Positions 51,348 through 64,000 of a stretch of DNA of 64,000 bases are shown here, piece by piece (the first letter of the stretch is position 1; each line of letters starts with the position of its first letter). Source of the DNA: Octopus sinensis (Eukaryota); the NCBI RefSeq assembly GCF_006345805.1, contig NC_043010.1, positions 37,944,001-38,008,000 of the forward strand. The letters are read 5' to 3'. The notes below the pieces were generated by a model that ran no database searches, was not told the origin of the DNA, and was given only the letters and a program-made list of their open reading frames with translations. Position numbers and translations under genes: made by a program.

Positions 51348-51996
51348 GAAGAAGTGCCACTCCCAAACAGTGGAAGGAATCCGGGGTAGAGGGAGACCCA
51401 GGAAGACATGGGATGAGGTGGTGAAGCATGATGTTCGAACTTTGGGCCTCACAGAGGCAATGACAAAAGACCGAGATGTCTGGAAGTATGCTGTGACTGA
51501 GAAGACCTGGCAAATAAAGTGAATCCACAACTGTAACCTACACCAGTCGCATAACCAGTTTATTCAAAAGTACCTTGGATTGTAGGGTGACATGCCATGC
51601 TTGAGGAGACCTATTGAGTCAAGTACATCAACATCAACAGCAATATCAAAATCAAATCAAATGGAAATTTTAGTTGTAAGCCCCGTGCCAGTATTATGTA
51701 AAAATCACCATCCGAACATGGCTAATGCCAGTGCCACTTTGACTGGCTTCTGTGCTGGTGGTATGTAAAAAGCACCATCCAATCATGATTGATGCCAGCT
51801 CCTCTGGCCCCTATGCTGGTGGCACATAAGAAGCACCCACTATACTTGGAGTGGTTGGCGTTAGGAAGGACATCCAGCTATTGAAACACTGCCAGATCAG
51901 ATTGGGGCTTGGTGCAGCCTCCTGGCTTCCCAAAACCCAGCCGAACTGTAAAACCCATGCTAGCATGGAAAACAGACGTTAAACGATGATGATGAT
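51348..51996 (+). mobile_element. 5'-truncated RTE copy (ORF end plus full 3' UTR)
   Basis: GRGRPRKTWDEVVKHD...MTKDRDVW matches 5090-5220; (GAT)n tail. Confidence 0.9.
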
Positions 51997-52131
51997 ATGT
52001 GTGTGGTTTCCCATGCCTTCACATTGTCGATGTCAGTGAAAGTAACGACAGTCATTATATCTGCTTTACACAAAAGATCCAGTCATTCATCAGTTTTGTT
52101 GTGTGCTAAGACCAGTTGAATTATAGATGCC

Positions 52132-52357
52132 TCAACCCTTTAGCATTCAGATTACCCTGTCAAATGTAATGCTTATTTATTCATATTGTTTTGAATTAAT
52201 CATGAATTATCTCATGGCTTTGGAGATTTCAATGAGGTGATTGTTTACTTTTAGAATAATAATATAGGGTAGGTGTAAGTAGCCAGGTGTGGCCAGTTTG
52301 GACAAAATACCAGAATATTTGGGTCAGATGTGACCGGTTTGAGTCCTGAAGGGTTAA
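52132..52357 (+). mobile_element. piggyBac-like MITE (family 1)
   Basis: ..AACCCTTTAGCATT / GAAGGGTTAA termini. Confidence 0.7.
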
Positions 52358-53842
52358 AAGAGGTTGGCAACAGGTGCTTCATTATCTAGCTGTAGAAAAC
52401 TGCCACAGCTACCAGTAAATTCTTGCTCAAGATGATGCTAGCATTGGGAAATCAAAAAAGAAAAAAAGAAAACACATGTAAAAGTGATGATGCTTACCTA
52501 CAAGTATAGTACTCTAAGCACCACACACACATATGCACAGACACTCACACACATGCACAGATGCACACACACATGCACAGATACACACACACACATGCAC
52601 AGATACACACACATATGCACAGACACACACACACACACACATCCACAGACATAGACACACATATGCACAGGCATACACACACACACACATATGCACAGAC
52701 ACACACACATATACATGTGTGCACAGGCACACACAGATATATGCACAGACACACACATGCAGACGCACACACACACACGTGCAGACGCACACGTGTGCAC
52801 GCATAATCACTAAGTATATTCGTTTCAAATTTTGGCACAAAGCCAGCAATTTCATGGAAGTTGATTACATCGACCCCAGTGCTTAACTGGTACTTATTTT
52901 ATACACTCACTCCACCCACCCACTCAAAAGGATGAAGGGCAAAGTCAACCTCACTGGAATTTGAATTCAGAACATAAAGACGGATGAAATGCCACTAAAC
53001 ATTTTGCCCCACATGTTAATGATTCTGCCAGCTTGCTGCCCTATGAATCATTAAAAATATTCTTTTCTACTCTAGCAACAAGGCCCGAAATTTTGGGGGA
53101 GTGGGCCAGTCAATTAGATCAACCTCAGTATGCAACTGGTACTTAATTTATCGGTCCCCAAGAGGATGAAAGGCAAAGTCAACCTCAGCGGAATTTGAAC
53201 TCAGAGCATAAAAACATACGAAATACCGCTAAGCATTTCGCCCGGCGTGCTAACAACTCTTCCAGTTTTGCTGCCCTATGAATGATTAAATGTATTACAA
53301 TCTACACATATATACTAATGTTACATTTTATGTAAGATGTGTGTTCATATACACTTACATTTATACTCTCACATGCATGCACATAGATACCCAAGCACAT
53401 ATACACACACACTTATACTCATATACTTACATTAATATATAACACACACACATATTTTATACACATACATGTACATATATATGTATATACACACACACAT
53501 AACTGTATTTATAATACATAATTTATATATATATATTTAATTTGTATAGATTTATATAATTATAAGATCTCTCTATTGATTTCAAATTTTGGCATAAGGC
53601 CAATAATTTTGCAGGAAGGAGCTAAGCCAATTAAATCAACTCCAGTGCTGAACTGGTACTTATTCTATCAGCCGTTGTGGCACTTGAACCTAGAATATAA
53701 AAACAGACAAAATGCCTAGCAGCACGCTACTAGGCGTTTTGTCTGCATGCTAACGATTCTGCCAGCTCGCCACTTTGTTTGATATATATGTTAGTAGTAT
53801 ATGATATTATATATCATTAGTATATAATATATATATATCGGC

Positions 53843-54012
53843 ATAAGTGTGGCTGTGTGGTAAGTAGCTTGCTTACCAACCACATGGTTCCGGGTTCAGT
53901 CCCACTGCATGGCACCTTGGGCAAGTGTCTTCTACTATAGCCTCGGGCCGACCAAAGCCTTGTGAGTGGATTTGGTAGACAGAAACTGAAAGAAGCCCAT
54001 CGTGTATATATA

Positions 54013-54057
<45 letters not shown>

Positions 54058-54547
54058 TAATCCAAAGAAGAAAGCACAAAAAAAACCCCACAAAAAACAC
54101 AACAACGCGAGGACATGGAACAAATATAGTATTATTGGACGCTCAGGAAAGAAGGAAAGAAGGAGGGTTTAACGTTTCGAGCGGAGCTCTTCGTTGGAAA
54201 CATAGAAGGAAAGATCCAGAGAAGGGAAGACAAAGGAAAAAAATCGCCAATGGTACACATCCAAACAAATAAAATATAAAATATATATTTATATATATAT
54301 ATATATATATATATGTACGTGTGTGTATATGTTTGTGTGTCTGTGTTTGTCACCCCCCACCCCCCAACATCGCTTGACAACCAATGCTGGTGTGTTTACA
54401 TCCCTGTAACTTAGCGGTTCAGCAAAAGTACCAATAGATTAAGTACTAGGCTTACAAAGAATAAGTCCTGGGGTTGATTTTCTTGACTAAAGTCGGTGCT
54501 CCAGCATGGCAACAGTCAAATGACTGAACAAGTAAAAGAGTAAAGAG
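53843..54547 (+). mobile_element. SINE-A split by a hammerhead element (54054-54280, -) inserted in its central (TA)n
   Basis: SINE head at 53843-54000 and body/tail at 54315-54547 flank a foreign ~230 bp segment bounded by (TA)n. Confidence 0.85.
54167..54201 (-). ncRNA. Minimal hammerhead variant, degenerate core
   Basis: GUUU-CCAACGA-A-GAGC ucc GCUC-GAAA-CG-UU-AAAC; core positions 4 and 5 deviate. Confidence 0.6.
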
Positions 54548-54634
54548 TAATAATATATAAGATTTACATATTTTTAGGCAAACATATGAAAATGATAGAA
54601 AAGCATGTATACCTACAGGTATGGTGCTCTACAT

Positions 54635-54820
54635 CAGTGCTCCACAACTGGTATGCTGCGACACGCTTGTGTGCCATGTGACGATGCTAGGTGTGCCGCA
54701 GTATAACCTGAATATATTTTTTTCACTATACTTTTAATTATGTTTGTAGTTTAGGTGTGCAGCCGAATTTTGAAAAGCATGTAAGTGTACTGCAAGTGGA
54801 AAAAGGTTGCGGAGCACTCG
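54635..54820. mobile_element. hAT-like MITE
   Basis: TIR-like CAGTGCTCCACAAC / GTTGCGGAGCACTC; no clear 8 bp TSD. Confidence 0.45.
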
Positions 54821-56636
54821 ACTAGGTATCACTCAACTTGCTAGAAACAGTGACTAAATTTCCCTCAGATTATTTTGCCATCTAAGGAAAGGAAGAGACA
54901 CTGGATAATGTGGTCCTAGATGAGCTTGGATTGGATGGAAGACAGGCTGGTCATGGCTTGATTGATTTTCGCCTTTTTCTTGTCTGCTCTGTCAAGACTG
55001 ACCTGAGGGCAAGCAACGACAACAACAACAATGACAACAACAGTAATAACTATTTTAAAATAAAATTATTGTGGATAATGTTATGTAGACTTAAGCAGCC
55101 CATATCAAAGGTGCCGAAGTAATGTGCCACAACAACACAGAAGAAAAAAAAATCAAGTCTCTGTCACTGTCACAAGAGCATATGTAAATGTGCATGCATG
55201 CATGCACGTACGCTCACAGTTGATTCTTACATGCGCACATGCACACACGCACACACACACACACGCGTATATGCACGTACCTGTTTGAACCGGACTGTTT
55301 GTGTTCTCAATGTACTGTTAACGTAATCAGTTTTCCACTGAAATTTTAGCCTGTTTGAACTGATTTTCTGATTCTATCTCTCTCTGTACCTACATCAGAA
55401 ATGGAATTATCAAGAAATCTAAGATTCTCTCCTCCTCCGTTTGATATCTTGCTGGGTGTTTATGGATGAAAGGGAAGTGACAGTTGCTTGTGTGATGGAT
55501 GGTGGTGGTGGTGGTGGTGTTCTTTGTAGTTTTTTTTTTGTTATTGTTTCAGCTGTTAGTATCAAAATGATGATGTAGATGAGGACAATGATACCAATGA
55601 GCTGATGATGACGGCACTGATAATGATGACAACAATGACGATAAACGTGATGTCTAAATGTTATTGGCTTCCTGGGGCTTGTGCCTAATATGACATACAA
55701 AATCACAGTACTGTTTACCTCTCTGTAAAACAAAGTACACATCATTCTAACCTCATCCCCCTTTCAAGGTTAACTCCTTCTTATCCACTTATTTGTAACT
55801 GTGTATGGAAAATACTTAAGTGTTTGGGGGTGGGGAGCAGAGCCCTGCAGCCATCATTCCTTCCATGTCCACATCTTAAGATCTGAAGGTAATGGTTCTC
55901 AGCTGGGGTCAACCTGACCCTTGAGGTTCCATATTAGATTTTTTGTTGTTTATACTTTTACTGGCATGGCTGTGTGGTAAGAAGTTTGCTTGCCAACCAT
56001 TTTTTTGAACAGCGTAGGCTCAAAACGTAAAAGATTTTCTCACTTTCCTGAGCGTCAAACTAATACACATGGTTGTTGTCCATACACCTGTCTTGGTCGG
56101 GTGGTGTGTTGTGTTCTTGAGCAAAACACTTCATCTCACATCACTCTGCGATCACGTCAACACCTGACATGCAGTACACAGTGCACCTGTTCAGGCGATG
56201 TTGATTTGAAGGAGAGAGTGAACTGATGTGCAGCATGAACATTTGATTGCAATAAACAGAACACTTGTGCAGGTCATTCGGAAAAAGGCTGAACACTCAT
56301 ACGTTGTCTTCAATGGGAGAGTTCATTTTACTTATTCTTATTGGAAGAGGACACTTTCCCATGCCTTGGGGATGGCAGAGTAATCCAGGATTTTTGTGTG
56401 AGGTTTACCCTGGATTACCCTAAGTGGACTGCCCCACTATTGGGGATTGTATTTATTTATTATTTATTTCTCTACTTTCTATTATGTATCCTCTGTTATA
56501 TCCTTTAATATGGTAGTATTTCCTCTTGATTGATGTTAACCTCATTGGTACTGTAATTCATCCTTCAATATTGTCCTGCATATCTTGGGCCCTTCAGGCC
56601 AATAAAAGAAATCATTATTGTTATTATTATTATTAT

Positions 56637-57176
56637 TGAGTGAGAGAGCAGTGCATGCCATCAAAGTGACACTGGGGTACAAATATATGAAGCCCAATAT
56701 AACCATCATGGCCACACATCTGACAAGACTACACCAGGCACATCCATCACAGCCATATGTGCACGACATGGTGAACTTGTATCAAGATAAACAGCACATG
56801 ACCTTGCAGGTGGGGCCCAGTTAGAATTTTCTTCAGGTTGAGTAGCCAATCTCACTCAAAAGTTCCTTGAATAAGAGTTGTTTAAAGATGATGAATGAAA
56901 CACTTATGCTTCTCAAGGAGTACACTTCAAGCCCTAGAGAATTCCTCTCAGTACATAGCTATGATGCTCCCCTACTTCTTGTGACCAGAAATGCACTAAA
57001 GGACATGCTCAACTGGTTACGGTCAAACAACTGACAAGCAAATCTGTAGTATTAAGCAGAATATTTGCTGTAGCTCATCTTTTATACCAAGACAAAACAA
57101 TGTACATGATAAAAATTTCAATCAGTTAAGATCAGAAGCCATGAGTGCCAGTGCCTGGTACTGCATCAGGGCATTT
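56637..57176 (-). mobile_element. ~550 bp (AAT)n-flanked repeat, inverted copy
   Basis: Reverse complement of 39082-39634. Confidence 0.85.
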
Positions 57177-57984
57177 ATTATTATCAAGGCAGTGAGCTGG
57201 CAGAATCGTTAGCACCCTGGATGAAATGCTTAGTGGAATTTCATCCACTGCTCCTTTCTGATTTGAAATTCCACCAAAGTCAACTTTGCCTTTCATCCTT
57301 TCGGGGTCGATAAAATTAGTACCAGTTATGCACTGCGGTTGATGTAATCAACTCAATCCCCTCTCTCAAAATTGCTGCTCTTGTGGCAAAAATTTGAAAC
57401 CATTATTACCAAGGTAGCTCTCTGTCTTGGTAATAATTTTGCCCTTGTGGCAAAATTTGAAACCATTATTATTATTTGTAAAGAATATTTAGCAGAATCA
57501 TTAGTGAGCTGGATGAAGTGCTTAGTGGTATTTCACCTGTCGTTAGATTCTGAGTTCAAATTCTGCTAAGGTTGACTTTGCCTTTAATCATTTTTTCTAT
57601 TATAGTAGAAGACAAGGTGCCATGCAGTGGGACTGAACCCAGAACGATGTGGCTGGTAAGGAAGCTACTTACCACACAACCACTCCTGTTCCTATATGTA
57701 TATTTTATATATACAAAATATAAAGTTATATCTTGAGTGGCAACAACACTCAAGATGTACAATTTATGTTTTTATATTTATATTTGTATTTATATTTTTA
57801 TTTGTGTATGATACTTATATATTACTGAATTTTTAAATTTCTAATATGTCGGACTGTATAGATATAAACTAGTATATAAGATTTGCATGTGTTTGGTCTA
57901 TCTTTGAATTTTGTGGTGTTCCTGTGGTTGTTGCTCCCCTTGGATAAAAAAAAGTGTATTATATATATATATATATATATAATT

Positions 57985-58202
57985 AATGGGGTGCTGAAAA
58001 GTTCCTGGCTTTAAGGGTATTGCGAAAGGCTCGGTTGGAGGCCCTACCTTCCAAGTTCTTTTACATGGCTTAGAAAAACTGAAAGGGGCTGAAATAAGTC
58101 TGTGAATCTGAGAAGGGAATATGTTGAATGAAATTATAATTAACTGACCCTCCTATATTTTTTTTTAATCCAAAGCCAGGAACTTTTCAGCATGCCCTCA
58201 TA
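57985..58202. mobile_element. Tc1/mariner-type MITE, third copy (inverted)
   Basis: Same TIRs as 10856-11056. Confidence 0.75.
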
Positions 58203-58329
58203 TAGTAAATGATAATTTGTCTCTCAGTGGATGGATTACTCTTTTGTGGAGCCTATCAGTAATGGAACAGTACACTGTGTGTGTGTGTTTGTGTGTGTAT
58301 GTATGAATGTATGTATGAATGCATGCATG

Positions 58330-58638
58330 GTGATGGCCCTCCATCGTCAACTAGGAGAATTCATCTACGAAGCAATTGCCCCAGCTCCCCTTCAGGGTTG
58401 GCGAAAGCGACGTGGTGGACAATGAAAATACCTGGCTGATGACAGTCAAGGCTGATCTGGAACCCAACCTAGGCCCCTATATCTACAGCGTTCGCCGCTG
58501 GAATAAGGATTGGTTGAAGATCCCGCAGTCGTTAGCCTCAAATCGCCAGGCCTGGTCGGCGTTTATGAGAGATGCAGCATTGAGGATGAATGAAGCCAGC
58601 TCAACCCACCCCGGGTGAATGTTGTAAGAAGAAGAAGA
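58330..58638 (+). mobile_element. 3' fragment of a second RTE family (SR2-like C-terminus)
   Basis: GWRKRRGGQ*KTWLMTVKADLEP.LGP...RRWNKDW...LASNRQAWSAF.RD...STHPG*, then an (AAG)n tail. Confidence 0.75.
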
Positions 58639-60819
58639 TGGTGATGGCCACCATTGTCTGTTCTGTTATTTGATCAGTGTGTGTATATACATGTGTATAA
58701 ACATATGTCCCAACGTTGTCCAGAATGTCTTTCCTTTATTTAAGACAGCATAGTTCCTTTCTTTAAGCAACTATGGATGCCTGAGTTGCTATTTCTAGCA
58801 GCTCAGGCATCCATAGTAAGCAGTGTTTTGGCTGATCAGGAAGAACCGTAGCTCCTTCTCCCTCCTTCCTCAATGCAAAATAGACATGACATGGAAAAGG
58901 CAATGTTATCAACAAGAAGAAGAACAACAACAACACCTGCCCTAATACCAGAATCAACAGCAACAACAACAACAACAAATAAGAGGCTCCCAGAGGTCTC
59001 TTTTGCTTTGTGTTTCTCCTCTTGTCTTCGTCATCCTCATCAATGATGATGACGACTTGGCCTTCGATGTTGTTGTTGTCATCGTTGTGTTGTGTGCAGT
59101 TGCCATGCCTTTGACATCATTGCTGTTGCGTTAAAAAGCAAGCTTTTGATGTCTGTCGGAACTCGGTTGCTCTGGTGCTGGAATGGGCTGGCTGGTTGGT
59201 TGGTTGGTGAGGGTGACTGGGAACGGGTGGTGGGGGAAGACAGGGAGCATAAACGTTGTTGTTGTTGTTGGTGGTGGTGGCAGTGGCAGGAGGAGAAAGA
59301 ACGGTGGGGTGGGGAATGGGATAAAATGGAACAGGGCAGGGCAGGGTGGGAGGATGGGTATGGGATAGTGTCTTCTCTCTTTGACGTTCTGATGATGTCA
59401 TCGCAACTGATTGTTTGATAAGAACAAAAATGATGTGCCTTATTGCGATATTGACCTGTCATCTAATCTAGAAAGTGATGTGTGTGTGTGTGTGTGTGGT
59501 GTGTGTGCACATGTGGGCATATGCATTTGGGTTAGGTGGGTAAGCGAGGTGGGGTTGGGTGTGTTTGTGATAATGACGATGGTACATTAAATGAGATGAG
59601 TCCTTGGTAAGGAAAATATGGAGGCCCGCAGATGCATCAGCACTATCATTGTTGCCACCACCCTCACCACCCCTACCATCACCATCACCACCATCATCAC
59701 CATTACTACCACCATTACCATCTCCATCACCACTACTACTACCACTATCACCACCACCATCACCATATCTACAAAAATAGTTACCACCAACATTGTTGTT
59801 ATATCCCCCCACCTGCCATCACAACTACCACCACTACCACCACCGCAAAGCCATTGTTCCTCTCCCCCCACCATCTCCACTACAATACTACCATCACTGC
59901 ATCACTACTACTTCCATGTTACCTTAACCATCAGCAACAACAACACATCTATTATTGTTTCTTCCTCTCTGCCTCGGTTCCTTTCTCATCATCCCTTACA
60001 TCTCCTCGTCCTGTCAACCAGTAAGTACCCTGATCTTGCATGCCTTTCTTTTTAAAAAAGAAAAGATCTTAGAATCTGCATCCACCCCTTCAATTCTCTG
60101 TTATCCTGTATTCCCTCCCACTCACACACCACCCTTTTTCATTTGATAGTTCATTCATATTCATTTGTCTGTCTCTCTCTCTACCCCCTACTTCACATTT
60201 CCCCCACTAGAATTTTAATAAAGAATTACTATGCATTTTGCACACTCATTACCCTTATATATATATATATTCACTGATGGTCGCACACACAAAAATGCAT
60301 GTGCACGCACTCAAACACACATGCACTCATGTATGCATACACCCCATCCAACATGTTCGCCAATGTACCACTAGCACACATACATACATGTGCACACATC
60401 TTGTTACGCACTTGCACAACCACATACATACACATGCATACACACACATGTATGTCAGCATACATGTACACGCGCATGCACACCACTTATTCACTAATAG
60501 TTGCATGCACTCGCTTGCATATGCACACATGTACAGCAGTTACATATTAATTGATGGTCAGAAACTCAGTTGCATAACCACCTTGTTCCACATACACACA
60601 CACACATGCATATACATGCACAAATGTGCAACCATGGATGCACACCATCGACCCATGGACACATGCACATGCATTTTGACATGCACAGCTTATACTGGCT
60701 CTTTCATGTACATATGAACTCCAACCCATAACATGCATCCAAAGGCATGCATGCACATGCACACAAACACAATTATACAAGAAGTAAAACACATGGGACA
60801 CATGTTTGTATGTAAACAA

Positions 60820-60868
<49 letters not shown>

Positions 60869-61063
60869 TGTGTGTGTGTACAGATGCATATATATACATA
60901 GATATAGATAAATATTTCGAAGCCTGATTGTCTATGATTCTTCCTATACTCTCCCTCTGCCTCTTTGCTGTAATAAATCCCGTAATAAACATTTGTGGTC
61001 AGAAACACACATATACACACACACATATAACCAAGATATATAAATTTATAAATACAAATATAT

Positions 61064-61117
<54 letters not shown>

Positions 61118-61449
61118 CATACATACACTCATCCACACAAACACACATCTGTATGAGAGCGCACACTTGCACAACAGACATGTAATATAATATACAAACA
61201 GACAGAAACATACTCACATAGCACAAACACACATGCACACACTATATATACATATATGTATATATACCCACTCACTCACACATACATATGATGTAATGAT
61301 AGCGTTGATAGCATGCGTAGACATTAATTGATGTTGTCATTCGCATTAAGTGCATTTCGTTTGTTTTGTTTTTGCCAGCATGTAGCTACAAGCTGATAAT
61401 ACTAATAATTAGACTAGTAATTGCAATAGTAGTTCTAATAGTATTAGTA

Positions 61450-61482
<33 letters not shown>

Positions 61483-62545
61483 GTAACAGCAACAACTACA
61501 AAGATGGGCTTTGCAAAGTCTGGCTCTGTTAATTTAGTGATGCAGTAAGTGTACTTTTTATTTTCTTCCATTTTATATTTTCTGCATGTTTATGCATGCG
61601 TGTGAGTGTATTTGCATGCATGAATACATTCATGGTATTTTGCTGATAGCCTGTCGAGGCTGTGCCACTGCGTCCCCACTTGATTAATCCCATATGGTAC
61701 CAGAATGTGCAGTACAATATAGCTGTCGGCTCGGTTTGGGTGAAGTGCAGCTTGTTTACGGGCAATAGATCTGGGGAACATGACTATCGATTTGGCTGCT
61801 GACCTTAATGCCATACGGTCCCTCAATCGGGGGCCTAAACTGGTTGGGCTACACAGCTACATCACAAATAAATTTCAGGAACAACAATCTGCTGGCTGAA
61901 CTGATAAGGAAGCCTTTATATCAACTGCTTCTCAAACTTTCTTTTATTTCTTGCTCTGATTTAAACCCCTCCACCACCATTTCACCATCATTTCTTTATT
62001 TCATTTCATTTTATTTCATTCTATTTTATTTTATTTTTAATGCACCTATAACACTATCAGAAAAGAGTAATTTAATTCCTTGTACCTATTTGAGTACTAC
62101 ACAGTACTACACTACTACAAGTACTGCACTGCTACAAGTACATATTTGACCCATTACTGCTTGACCTAAGTTATCAGCCCAAATTTTAGCTCGTGGCTTG
62201 CAACCCAATTCCAGAGGTTGTCGTTGTTGTAATCATGGTTAACTTGAAGTCTATTATAATATTCTTTTCCACTCTTGGCATAAGGCCTGAAATTTGGGGG
62301 GGAGGGCACCAGCGATTAGATTGATCCCAGTATGCAACTGGTACTTAATTTATCGACCCCAAAATGATGAAAAACAAAGTCGACCTTAGTGGAATTTGAA
62401 CTCAGAACGTAAAGGCAGACGAAATACCACTTAGCATTTTGACGGGTATGCTAGCAATTCAGCCAACTCACCACCTTCAGAGGCATCATCATCATCATCA
62501 TCATCGTTTAATATTAATATTAGATTTAATATTTTAATATTAGAT

Positions 62546-62774
62546 TTAACCCTTTCATTACTGTATTTATTTTCAGATGTTCTGTGTTTATTTCAATTAC
62601 TTTAAATGTAACAAAGAATTTAGTAAAATAACTTAGTTATCATTCAGTTAGTGTTAGGAACATAAATTGTGACTAAGCTTTGGTGGAAGATTTTAATTAA
62701 AAACTTATGGAAATAAGACATTTGTACTCAGAGCCAGTGCCAGTTTTAGCCTGGTTGGTAACAAAAGGGTTTAA
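62546..62774 (+). mobile_element. piggyBac-like MITE (family 2)
   Basis: TTAACCCTTTC...AAAGGGTTTAA termini. Confidence 0.7.
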
Positions 62775-64000
62775 TATGTCAATGATCTGGTAGGATCATT
62801 ACCGCACTGGAAACATTACTTAGGGGCATAATGCTGCTGGAGTTGGCTTTGCCTTTTATTCTTTTGGGGCTGGTAAAAGAAGTACCAGTTGAACAGTTGG
62901 GTTGATTTAATCAACTTAACCCCTCTCCCGAAATTGCTGGCCTTGTGCCAAAATTTGAAGCCAATATTACATTTAAATTGCGTTCACTGACCTTTTCCTA
63001 CACACACATACACACACAACAGCCTGCTTGGGAATTTAATGTGCAAGTGGCTGAGTACTCCATAGACACGCATACACATATTCACATGTGATTGGGAAGC
63101 AAACGTCTTAATCACTCTCCCATGCTTGTCCCAGAACCTATTTTTACACTTCACTCTCTGCTACTCTGAATCTGTTGGGTGTCTGTCTGTCTCTGCCCAA
63201 CTGGTATTCCATCCTATGTAGCCCCTAAGAATGAATCTCAATACCTACCTTTTAGTAACCCCTAACACTTGCCTTACATCCTTCTTAAACCCTACCAGTT
63301 GTCCTCTACCATTTTCCAGCCTAACACCCGTCTTCTGTCCTTCTTAACCTCTGCCTTCTTAAAACCCTTACACTTTCTTGATGCTTCTCAGGAATGTCTG
63401 TATTATTTTAGCTCATGCACTAACATGTTTCCTTGGGTTTTTGCTATTCATGTAACAGACACTATACTTACATATATACACACATTCACATACCCACTTA
63501 CGCAAATTCATATCCTTACAAACAAACTCACATGACAAAATATACTTTTGTATGCAGTTATAAATTTTTCCCGGCTTCTTCATAACTTCATGTTCTTGTG
63601 TGTATAATATATGACTGTACGCTTATCATAACTATCACTTCTTTATTCAGTTTGCCTATGTCTCTCTATTTCTCTCTCTCTCTCACAATAACCCCCAAAG
63701 ACAATTACTCCTGAGGACAACAAATGATGATACAAAACTTCTTAATATAGTGGAGAAGGGCTAATTGTCCTAGGGGGTAGTTGTCACCGAGGGGGGTATT
63801 GTCCTATGGGAGGTAATTGTCTTGATATGCTCTCTCTCAAACACACACATTGAATTTACATTTTATATTTTCAAACAAAATATGACTGTGTGATAAGAAG
63901 CTTGCTTCCCAACCACATGGTTTTAGGTTCAATCACACTGAATGGCACTTTGGGCAAGTGCTTTCTATTATAGTCCCAGGCCAGCCAAAGCCTTGTGAGT

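Noticed and set aside
52060-52100. CUGAUGA on the minus strand (also at 615, 21310 and 55603 on plus)
   Set aside because: No stem II + GAAA + NUH arrangement could be completed, so these are not hammerheads.
52485-52510. Minus-strand TAG|GTAAGC as a second recursive site
   Set aside because: It lacks a polypyrimidine tract, and the upstream sequence is a (GT)-rich microsatellite.
56375-56450. Two small hairpins (GTAATCCAGG/CCTGGATTAC and CCCCA-TGGGG)
   Set aside because: No ribozyme core or clear element termini, and they are compatible with a repeat fragment.
936-63535. Dozens of 60-200 aa ORFs rich in H/T/Y/I/C/V or poly-N/I/Q/H (e.g. 7105, 16066, 22125, 31924, 52533, 59618, 60238)
   Set aside because: They are translations of (CA)n, (TA)n, (AAT)n and (CAC)n microsatellites, with no domain content.

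Overview
Repeat-saturated, AT-rich eukaryotic non-coding DNA, probably intronic or intergenic. The SINE families, RTE-type (GAT)n tails and very dense (TA)n/(CA)n/(AAT)n microsatellites point to a cephalopod (Octopus-like) genome; this is inferred from recalled repeat families, not from a search. No complete protein-coding gene is visible, and almost all listed ORFs are microsatellite or SINE artefacts or LINE remnants. Recognisable content: a nearly full-length but frameshifted RTE-clade LINE (about 1.6-5.6 kb), 3' fragments of RTE/RTEX, CR1 and R4/Dong-like LINEs, dozens of SINEs, mariner-, piggyBac- and hAT-like MITEs, a mariner transposase relic and a Helitron-like element. Main discovery: at least 8 (up to 10) type I hammerhead ribozyme folds, found by reading both strands. 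They sit in several unrelated 180-390 bp elements, most lodged in (TA)n tracts. Three are in foldback elements with 57-95 bp terminal inverted repeats (one pair perfect, around a fully canonical ribozyme), a fourth foldback has a degenerate core, and one is the tail of a tRNA-headed SINE. This suggests a Penelope-like/retrozyme-related family of non-autonomous ribozyme elements. Other notable items: a textbook recursive-splice (AG|GTAAG) site, a twin-priming-like inverted LINE insertion, an ~800 bp spacer-less diverged palindrome, and a duplicated 117 bp block with a codon-like substitution pattern. All alignments and folds were done by eye; boundaries are approximate to within about 10 bp unless a TSD or TIR fixes them.
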